NCBI RefSeq assembly: GCF_964355755.1
Contig: NC_092678.1
Location: 14,224,371-14,288,370, forward strand
Source: Antedon mediterranea
Taxonomy: Eukaryota > Animalia > Echinodermata
DNA length: 64,000 bases
Direction of reading: 5' to 3'
Under the pieces are notes generated by a model. It saw only the letters and a program-made list of their open reading frames with translations, was not told the DNA's origin and did not search any database. A program made the translations under genes and the position numbers. Shown piece by piece: positions 41,501 to 53,500 of this stretch. Each line of letters starts with the position of its first letter. Positions within the stretch are counted from its first letter, which is position 1.

Positions 41501-44500
41501 TAATTATCCGCATCGTTTGTTTAATTACATTTTATATTGTATGAATAATACGTGTGATTTGCAATGAAATTGAGAGAAAAGTGACTTACGTACATCTTCC
41601 TTATTATAATATAATAATATATATTTATAAAGGTTTTTTACCACATAGTAAATAAATGGAGGTATCTTTTTTTGTGTTTAGTTCAAGTGATAGTTAGGTC
41701 CATATGAAGTGATACCAGCTAATAGCATTTTGCCTAACTATAATTATTTTTCTGCAATACACTGTATAATATACACTTCATGAATATAATTTCTTTAAGG
41801 GACGGAAACACGTCACTGCATAAATACATGCGTTCTAATGAACCTACCTTAGAAGTAATATATAGGCTTTCGATATGGTATAATTATGATCACACCAACA
41901 AACCTATAATCTGCACCGCAAACATTATCTTATCCACTTTATTTTATATCATATTACAATTATAAAAGAGCTGAATTTATGTTATCCGTTGTGTCTAACA
42001 GTATCATTTATAAGAATAATTATATTTTATGTTTATGATTTCTTCACAGAATGGATATGGATACACACCGATAAATATTTATCTGGAGCGTGATGATGTT
42101 AAATTAGATATATTGTACTGTCTGATAACCAATGGTGAATCACAAACATTACGAAAAGATGTAATTCGACAAAAAATGTAAATTGAAATAGTATGGCATA
42201 CTGGTAATAGTACACGTATGCTTAATAATAATTACTATTTTTGCTCCGTTCTTGCTCATCATTAGTATTACATTCAAATACATGTTAATTAGTATTAACA
42301 TGATGCAACTGCTCTTGGTATACATAATATATTTTAGCTACTTTCGATTAATATGATTTAAAAATATTTATTTATTAAAAATATAACATTTTTTATTTTT
42401 TTAGGAAGGAAGCAATGCTCTACATATACATCTAAGTGGTAGATATGTTAAACCTACGTTAGAAATAGTGACTAATCTCATTAAGCTTGGTGTATCTCCA
42501 ACATTACAGAATAAGGTAAAGTGCATAAGAGTTGGCATATATTCCCGTGAACTAACATTGTGTAATTATCTGGTGGGACTCAAACACACCTCAGATCACG
42601 AGTGTTGTGTTGTTCATAACTCTATACCTGCACAAGAGTGGTTACAACAACCAAATACAGTTGGACACCACTAACGTTCGTGGTACCGAGATTAAATCTC
42701 TAAATAGGAAAAGAAAATATATATTTTTTTAATTATCCGCATTCTTTGTTTAATTTAATTATTTATTGTGTAAATTAAGTACGTATGATTTATAATGAAC
42801 TTGAGAGAAAAGTGTCCTACGTAAGTAAAGTAGTAAAGTTGAAACCTAAGCTAATGCTAGCGACCTTGGTGCCAATCTCCATTTCCTTAGCGTTTGGGCC
42901 AGGCTCCACTAAGTATGTATGTTTGCGGGGGTACGCCACTCACGCAAACACGAGTCTGATTTACCTTCCCAGTACTTTTACATACCGGTACCCATTTCTA
43001 TCACCTGGGTGGGGAGGAACAGTGTGGATAAAGAATCTTGCTCAAGGACTCAACACCGCCGTGACCGGACCGGGCTTTAACCGGCAACCTCTTGATTGCA
43101 AGTCCAATGCTCTAACCACTGCGTCACAGTGCTCCACTAAGTGCTGCCTTACGTACGTCTTCATTATTATGTAATACTACATCTTCATATCACATTTCAT
43201 AAGGTAATAGGGATAGAGATAATTTATTGAATGAATTATCAATTTAACTATGTTTTATGTAGACATGTCATTATACAATGGTTGAATTTAGAATGATGAC
43301 TGAAGCAATGTTCACATTAATCTGTATGTATAAACTACACGATTATGTTTTTTTTGTCAGTAAAATTGCAAAATTAGGGAATCCACAGACAATTGGTAAA
43401 ATTCGGTCTACGTTCAGAGCATAAGCACCAGTAAAATATTTTTTTTTTTATTTATGTGTGTATTATTTATCATTGCATAACTAAAATTATTTTCTGCAAT
43501 AACCTTTATGTATAATTTCTTTATATGATGGAAAAACCCCGCTGCATGAATACATGCGTTCAAATAAACCTACCTTAGAAGTAGTAAACTATCGTAGGAA
43601 ACAAGGTGCTTCAATAACAGCACTAAGTAAGGTAATATAGGGTTACAGATAAGTTATTATGATTGCACCTATAACATACGTATGATCTGCACCGCAACAA
43701 TATCGTATCCACTTATTTTATATCATATTACAATTGATAAAGTTATTTAGAATTACTTGCTGCTGCAATAATTATTTAGTAGTAATTAAACAAGATCCTA
43801 CAGTTATTGTGAGATTGGTATATTGACTATAATAATTTTATGTGGACATGCTATTATAAAAGAGCTGAATTTAGAATCATGACAGAAAGCAATGTTTACG
43901 TTGACATATATGCATAAACTACACGATTATGATTTCTTTTATGATTCTGTAAAATTACAAAATAAGAGACAATTGATATAATTCGGTCGACGTTCACAGG
44001 ATATCCACAAGAAAAACGTTTTATTTAAATTTCTTTGTTTGTATTGTTTATCATTATCTAACTATAATTATTTGCTGCAATACACTGTTTGTATAAACTT
44101 CATGATTATAATTTCTTTAAAGGACGGAAACACCCCGCTGCATGAATACATGCTTTCAAATGAACCTATCTTAGAAGTAGTAGACTATCTCACGAAGCAA
44201 GGTGCATCCGTAACAGCACTAAATAAGGTAATAATGGGCTAGAGATCATTTCAAAATAAGGGAATGCATAGACAATTGATATACTTCGGTCTACGTTCAC
44301 AACATATGCACCAGCAAACATTTTATTTCAATTTTTGTTGTGTATTATTATCATTAACTCATTAACTAACTATAATTATTTCCTTCAATACACTGTTTGT
44401 ATAAACTTCATGATTATAATTTCTCTATAGGACGGAAACACTCCGCTGCATGAATACATGCGTTCAAATGAACCTACCTTAGAAGTTGTAGACTATCTCA

Positions 44501-47500
44501 CGAAGCAAGGTGCATCCGTAACAGCACTAAATAAGGTAATATATGGCTACAGATAAGTTATATGATTGCACCTAACGTCGGCGAAATTATGTTTATTTAT
44601 CTATTTTTTACCTCATTTAAAATATAATGTTTTGGTGTGATGTCACTTACAACAATGGCATCAAAATAATCAATAAGGATACGAATGAATTATGACTGGA
44701 AGAACACGCCGCGGAATGTTCAAATGTTCTATTCCAGTACTAATACTACTTTCAATTACAACCTAACTATCTCATATTGCATCTTGCATAACACTCAACA
44801 TCTCCTTACCACAATACTAATTTTCATATAGATTCCAATATATTCATGGTATGTGGTACTGATATTGTTTACGTTTAATAATAAACTTTGTCTTAATATT
44901 TTGTTTCTCTATAGGACGGAAACACCACGCTGCATGAATACATGCGTTCAAATAAACCTACCTTTGAAGTAGTAAACTATCTCAGGAAACAAGGTGCTTC
45001 AATAACAGCACAAAACAAGGTAATATAAGTCTAGAAATAATTTATAATTATGATTACACCTATAACGTACGTATGATTGTCACGAACTCCTCTCACGTAT
45101 GTTTCCGGGCGGTTGAAAATACTTTAGAAACTCCCTTGTGACATAAAAGTATAAATACAAAATCCACAAAGTTGTAAAATAACTCAAAACAAAGCTTTAA
45201 TTTCAATCAACTTCAACTTTTAACAATCCAGTAAGCACTTTAAACAACAGCTTCACAATGACTTTACAATATAACATCCAACCTCTAATCCAACAACCTT
45301 ACAATAGTTTACATTCCTTTATATACAAGATGCTCCTATCCTTCTAGATCATTCTTTATCATTATTACATGAATACAGTTTCTATTAATAGCACTTCTGG
45401 AATGTTCTTGATTGTTCTTATTAATTATACATGGTTTCTTAAATCAAAACATCTTATTCTAGAATGTTCATGTAAATACTATGTTACTCTATGTTAGAGA
45501 ATGGTAATTTATTACAATGATATGTGCCGCAAATATATGTTATCCACTTTATTTCGTATCATATTACAATTGATTGAGTTATTTAGAATTACTTGCTGCA
45601 ATCATTATTTAGTAGAAATTAAACAAGATCCTACAATTATTGTGGGATTGGTATATTGATTATGTTTTATGTGGACATGTCATTATAAAAGAGCTGAATT
45701 TAGAATCATGACAGAAAGCAATGTTTACGTTAACCTGTATGCATAAACTACACGATTATGATTTGTTTTATGATTCTATAAAATTACAAAATAAGAGACA
45801 ATTGATATAATTCGGTCTACGTTCACAGGATATGCACCAGCAAACATTTTATTTCAATTTCCTAACTATAATTATTTGCTGCAACACACTGTTTGTATAA
45901 ACTTCATGATTATAATTTCTTTAAAGGACCGAAACACCCCGCTGCATGAATACATGCGTTCAAATGAACCTACCTTAGAGGTAGTAGACTATCTCACGAA
46001 GCAAGGTGCATCCGTTACAGCACTAAATAAGGTAATAATGGGCTAAAGATCATTGCAAAATAAGGGAATGCGCAGATAATATTGATATACTCCGGTCTAC
46101 GTTCACAACATATGCACCAGCAAACATTTTTATTCCAATTTGTTTGTGTATTATTATCATCATTACCTAACTACAATTATTTCCTTCAATACACTGTTTG
46201 TATAAACTTCATGATTATAATTTTTCTACAGGACGGAAACACTCCGCTGCATGAATACATGCGTTCAAATGAACCTATCTTAGAAGTAGTAAACTATCTC
46301 ACGAAGCAAGGTGCATCCGTAACTGTACTAAATAAGGTAATATATAGCTACATATAAGTTATATGATTACACCTAACGTCTGCGAAATTATGTTTATTTA
46401 TCTATTTTTTATCCTATTTAAAAATGTAATGTTTTGGTGTGATGTCACTTACAACAATGGCATCAAAATAATCAATAAGGATACGAATGAATTATGACTG
46501 GAAGAACACGCCGCGGAATGTTCAAATGTTCTATTCCAGTACTAATACTACTTTCAATTACAACCTAACTATCTCATATTGCATCTTGCATAACACTCAA
46601 CATCTCCTTACCACAATACTAATTTTCATATAGATTCCAATATATTCATGGTATGTGGTACTGATATTGTTTACGTTTAATAATAAACTTCGTCTTAATA
46701 TTTTGTTTCTCTATAGGACGGAAACACCACGCTGCATGAATACATGCGTTCAAATAAACCTACCTTTGAAGTAGTAAACTATCTCAGGAAACAAGGTGCT
46801 TCAATAACAGCACAAAACAAGGTAATATAAGTCTAGAAATAATTTATAATTATGATTACACCTATAATGTACGTATGATTGTCACGAACTCCTCTCACGT
46901 ATGTTTCCGGGCGGTTGAAAATACTTTAGAAACTCCCTTGTGACATAAAAGTATAAATACAAAATCCACAAAGTTGTAAAATAACTCAAAACAAAGCTTT
47001 AATTTCAATCAACTTCAACTTTTAACAATCCAGTAAGCACTTTAAACAACAGCTTCACAATGACTTTACAATATAACATCCAACCTCTAATCCAACAACC
47101 TTACAATAGTTTACATTCCTTTATATACAAGATGCTCCTATCCTTCTAGATCATTCTTTATCATTATTACATGATTACAGTTTCTATTAATAGCACTTCT
47201 GGAATGTTCTTGATTGTTCTTATTAATTATACATGGTTTCTTAAATCAAAACATCTTATTCTAGAATGTTCATGTAAATACTATGTTACTCTATATGTTA
47301 GAGAATGGTAATTTATTACAATGATATGTGCCGCAAATATATGTTATCCACTTTATTTCGTATCATATTACAATTGATTGAGTTATTTAGAATTACTTGC
47401 TGCAATCATTATTTAGTAGAAATTAAACAAGATCCTACAATTATTGTGGGATTGGTATATTGATTATGTTTTATGTGGACATGTCATTATAAAAGAGCTG

Positions 47501-50500
47501 AATTTAGAATCATGACAGAAAGCAATGTTTACGTTAACCTGTATGCATAAACTACACGATTATGATTTGTTTTATGATTCTATAAAATTACAAAATAAGA
47601 AACAATTTATATAATTCGGTCTACGTTCACAGGATATGCACCAGCAAACATTTTATTTCAATTTCCTAACTATAATTATTTGCTGCAACACACTGTTTGT
47701 ATAAACTTCATGATTATAATTTCTTTAAAGGACCGAAACACCCCGCTGCATGAATACATGCGTTCAAATGAACCTACCTTAGAGGTAGTAGACTATCTCA
47801 CGAAGCAAGGTGCATCCGTAACAGCACTAAATAAGGTAATAATGGGCTAAAGATCATTGCAAAATAAGGGAATGCGCAGATAATATTGATATACTCCGGT
47901 CTACGTTCACAACATATGCACCAGCAAACATTTTTATTCCAATTTGTTTGTGTATTATTATCATCATTACCTAACTACAATTATTTCCTTCAATACACTG
48001 TTTGTATAAACTTCATGATTATAATTTTTCTACAGGACGGAAACACTCCGCTGCATGAATACATGCGTTCAAATGAACCTATCTTAGAAGTAGTAAACTA
48101 TCTCACGAAGCAAGGTGCATCCGTAACTGTACTAAATAAGGTAATATATAGCTACATATAAGTTATATGATTACACCTAACGTCTGCGAAATTATGTTTA
48201 TTTATCTATTTTTTATCCTATTTAAAAATGTAATGTTTTGGTGTGATGTAGCTTACAACAATGGCATCAAAATAATCAATAAGGATACGAATAAATTATG
48301 ACTGGAAGAACACGCCGCGGAATGTTCAAACGTTTCTATTCCAGTACGAATACTACTTTCAATTACAACTATCTCATATTATTGCATCTTGCATAACACT
48401 CAACATCTCCTTACCACAATACTAATTTTAGAATACAATACAATTCATGGTATGTGCTACTCTTATTTTTTAAGTTTAATAATAAACTTCGTCATAATAT
48501 TTTGTTTCTCTACAGGACGGAAACACCCCGCTGCCTGAATACATGCGTTCAAATAAACCTACCTTAGAAGTAGTAAACTATCTCAGGAAACAAGGTTCTT
48601 CAATAACAGCACACAATAAGGTGATATAAGTCTAAAAATAATGTATATGATGATGAGTTATTTAGAATTACTTGCTGCAATAATTATTTAGTAGTAATTA
48701 AACAAGATATTACAGTTATTGTGAGATTGGTATAATGACTATGTTTTATGTGGACATTTTTATTATAAAAGAGCTGAATTTAGAATCATGACAGAAAGCA
48801 ATGGTCACGTTAACCTGTATGCATAAACTACACGATTATGATTTTTTTTATGATTCTGTAAAATGACAATATAAGAGACAATTGATATAATTCGGTCTAC
48901 GTTCACAGGATATGCACAAGAAAAACGTTCAATTTCTTTGTGTAATGTTTATCATTATATAACTACAATTATTTGCTGCAATACAGTGTTTGTAAGCTTC
49001 ATGATTATAATTTCTTTTAAGAACGGAAACACCCCGCTGCATGAATACATGCGTTCAAATGAACCTACCTTAGAAGTAGTAGACTTTTTCACGAAGCATG
49101 GTGCATCCGTAACAGCACTAAATAAGGTAATAATGAACTAGAGATCATTTCAAAATAAGGGAATGCACAGACAATTGATATACGTCGGTCTACGTTCACA
49201 ACATATGCACCATCAAACATTTTATCTAAATTTATTTTTGTATTATTATCATTATACCTAACTATAATTATTTACTGCAATACACTGTTTGTATAAACTT
49301 CATGATTATAATTTCTTTAAAGGATGGAAACACCCCACTGCATGAATACATGCGTTCAAATGAACCTACCTTAAAAGTAGTAAGCTCTCTCAGGAAACAA
49401 GGTGCATCCGTAACAGCACTAAATAAGGTAATATGGGCTAAAGATCATTGCAAAATAAGGGAATGCGCCGATAATATTGATATAATTCGGTCTACGTTCA
49501 CATCATATTCACAAGCAAAACCTTTTATTTCAACTTCTTTGTATTACCAAATTATAATTATTTGCTGATTTACACTGTATTTATAAACTTCGTGATAACA
49601 ATGTTTTCTCTATAGGACGGAAACACCCTGCTGCATGAATACATGCGTTCAAATGAACCTAACTTAGAAGTAGTAGACTATCTCACAAAGCAAGGTGCAT
49701 CCGTAACAGCACTAAATAAGATAATATAGGTCTAGAAATAATGTATATGATTTCAACTAACGTACGTATGATCTGCACCGCAACATATCATCTTACCCAC
49801 TTGATTTCATATCGTATTAAAATTGATCGAGCTATTTTAATTGCTGCAATAATTATTTAGTAGTAATTAAACAAGATCCTACAATTATTGTGAGATTGAT
49901 ATATTGAGCAATGAAATTGATACTTTTTTTATGTGGACATGTCATTATACATTTTTTGAATTTAGAATAATTACAAAAAGCAATGTTCACATTATCTTAA
50001 ACTATTATGATTTCTTTTTTCTTTTCTTGGATTTTTCTTTACATTTCATTAACATTTCAAAATAAAGGAATGCACAGACAAGTGATATAATTCAGTCTTT
50101 GTCCACAACATATGCACCAGCAAAACCTTTTATTTCAATCTATTTGTGTATTGTATATCAAAATCTAACTATAACTATTTGCAACAATAACCTGTATGTA
50201 TAAACTCCATGATCATAATTTCTTTATAGGACTAAAACACCACACAGCATGAATAATTAGTCATTTGAATGATAGTTGTTTTGTTTCTTCAAAAACATTT
50301 AATCCAAATTCTAGCAAATTGATTACGTCGCCCATGCATATACACTATACTAGTACAAAAATGCCTTTCATTAAATGTTCTTTAAACTTAATTTTAAATA
50401 GAGTTAAAAACAAAATCATTTTGTTAACATTAATTATAAATACTATAACTTTATTGCGTGAATTAGTTCCCTTTGAAGAGACGTTGTTTATTATTGCATG

Positions 50501-53500
50501 AGTTATTACCACATTGAGGGCGCAGTTATTTTGTATGGAAGGCTGCACGCAATTTTAAGTTTATCTGGAAATATAGCTTTTAAAAGGTATTCCCTGATTG
50601 TTTACTATGTTTAAATTTACCAGTATATAGTGTACGGTAATGATAGTTAATTATTATTGGGCTTACGCGGAGCTACACATTGGAAGGATGGGAGATGTCC
50701 TGTCACTGGTCATTCAATATTACATTTACGGCGAAATTATGTTCCTTTATTTGGTTTTGACCCCATTGAATTGAATAGTCATGAAGAAAGTAATGTATTG
50801 TGTATATGGTTGTATATATACATGATTTGCAATATTGTAATAAATACCAATGGATACGGAATTGTTTGTTAGTTAGTGTAAATAAGAACCGTTCTTCATT
50901 ATAGACATCTGTAAGTACAAGGTGTTTAGAAGTATACTAACTAGAATGTTTTACATATGTATATTTGTTGTTTTTAATTTATTTAAGTTTACCGCAATTT
51001 TAGGTTTGGGATTCCCTTTTGATGAATACATTTAAATTAATATTTGAATTTCAGAACGGGGTTTACAATTACTATGAAACAGTGTACTTTGTACTGCGAC
51101 ACGGTATTTTCTTAGAAGCTCTATGCTTAATTTAGAATTGACTTATGATGTGTCTACAAAAATATTCATTTTGATTTGCTTGTTGTTTGCACTCACTTAC
51201 TACGATTGGGGTTTTATATATGTCTGATTCCATAGACATATTGTTTCTTTGATTTCTAAATCGGTTTATGAACAAATATTTCTACTATTAGCAATGCTTA
51301 AAACACTTTTATGTTTATAGGAAGGAAAAACAGCAGTATCTGTTTTAGAAGAAAATACGCAGATAGAACAAATAACAAAAATCAAGATTGTAGAGTATTT
51401 TGACAGTAAGCTATTATAATAAAATTTTTAACATGAAAAAGACAATGTTAGTAACAAATATTTGAATTCTGAAACAAATGTTATTCATAATGTTTACATA
51501 AAACCATGAATTTGAATGTATGTATGTTATGCGTATTTTCTATATCTTAATATTAGAATTGTTGGTTCCTCCTGAAATATTTGCCAGGGGTAAACAGGCT
51601 ATAAAAATATATAAAAATGAACTTAAAGATGGTAAAATTGCAGTGGTAAATTCGAGATGTATGTTTCTTGGGAAGGAAGGTGCTGGTAAGACTAGCTGTG
51701 TAAAGGCCATGCTTAAAGAAAGGTAAGTAATTGCAAATTATTTAACGTATACATCATACATTTTAGTATTGAAAAAATGATCAGTGTATTTTTAATTATA
51801 TATTTGATGTAGATACTAATACTATTTTAACCATTTTACCTCACCATACGTTGTTAAAATAGATTCAATCCCGACGAACCATCGACAGACGGTATCGTTA
51901 CACGGACAGTGTTTCAATCAAATAGTAAGAGTGAATGGAAGAGGATTAAAGATGAAAACGACGGTAAGATGTGTGTAACTACCTGTAGAGTAGAAAATCG
52001 AGTTTCTGCCGTCATGTGATGCCAAGCGAACGTGGAATTAATATCTGTGATTGTAGTACTAACAAGTAGAGTTTTGTTATACTCTTACTCTAGAGTTGTG
52101 GCTTGTTAAATTGTGTAGACCTATACTTATTAGAGAAATTACCAACAATGTACCAGGAATAGGCACGATGTTATATGTAATGTTTAAAATGATTTTATTA
52201 CACATTGATCCAGATTAAATGAAATTCAGTGTTTCCTATAAACTCCAACCAGCATAAATATTTGTATACATATTGTTTTAACCAATTGCTATTTTTGTAC
52301 AGATGCCGACCTAATCAGGAAAATGCGTGAACATGTAATAATACAAAGGGTTAATAAGGAGTTAGGTATGTAATACCGCAACACAAATTATAATATAAAG
52401 CTTTTTAACAATTGAAATAAATCATTTAACCTTGAACCATATTTTTTAAACGGAACTATTATACAAATAATGAATGTTTATTAGTGTAATGATACAATAT
52501 GCCCTAATTGCATGAGGTTAATGATGAAAGGTTATATATCAACGAGGCAACGCCAAGTTAATATTTAACCTTTCATCATTCACCAAATGCCATTATTTGT
52601 ACCATTACACGAATATAACATTTATTATTTGTTTATATAACATCAAAATAGATTCCTGTCATTTGAATCAAATAAAAGGTAGCCCTCTAGCCAAGGCCTA
52701 CATTTGATTCACATTGATTAAAACAGTAACATTTGGTTTTTAATAATATTATATTAAATGTTATATTTATATGGATTTTATAAACACACGTACTTTAGTG
52801 TTAATTATGTTCATAAACGACCAAACAATCATAATACTAACAGGCCTAGGCTTATGCTAAACCCTAGTAGTAGCTTGACGCTGATTACATTTTAATGTAC
52901 TATTATGTAAATATGAAATGCAATTTTGACAGTACATGGCCAGGCAATACTGCCTCTCATATGTTGTTGCTGTTGTTTGATATTGTAGGTATAAGTTAAA
53001 AACGTAAAGGTAGGCGTCTGGATCGTTTAAAATGTACAAGTTAAATAATACGATTTTATGTAATATGAGATAATATGAATGTGAATAAAAGTGGTGTTTG
53101 CGCCACAAAAGAGAAAAAAAAATGGTACTTTGTCAAAATGGTCGATATTCGGCAATCTATAAATACTTTTATTTTATTTATTTTATAATAGAGGACAACC
53201 AAAGCTACCCAATTGGAGGTGATTCTGTGAACATTCCAAATGAAATAACTAGCATATGGGACTACGCTGGTCAATTGGACTATTACATAACGCACAGGGT
53301 ATGCCTATCAATATGTTGTTTATTGGCAGAATATGATCTGATAATCACATAATTAATGTAGTAGTAGTGATATTGACAGTGATGGTGGTGGTGGTGGTAG
53401 TGGCAGTGACATTAGTAGTAGTAGTGGTAGTGGTATTAGTATTTAGGGCCTATATTGCGTTTGAATAATCTGAAAACAATTATATTCTAATAATTTTTTC

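Larger units (their letters stand above)
43400..50255 (+). repeat. Tandem exon-intron array; core ~1.80-kb A-B-C unit x3
   Basis: Offsets between equivalent exons are 1804/1804 (A), 1801/1804 (B) and 1802/1799 (C). Confidence 0.9.

Noticed and set aside
43990-44020. CACAG..AAAAAC motif upstream of exons as a V(D)J-like recombination signal
   Set aside because: Heptamer and nonamer are poor matches with no 12/23 spacing; recurrence is explained by duplication of the intron.
43400-50255. CRISPR-like repeat/spacer appearance of the ~105-bp repeats
   Set aside because: The repeats are AG/GT-bounded ankyrin exons, the spacers are homologous introns, the context is eukaryotic and there are no cas genes.
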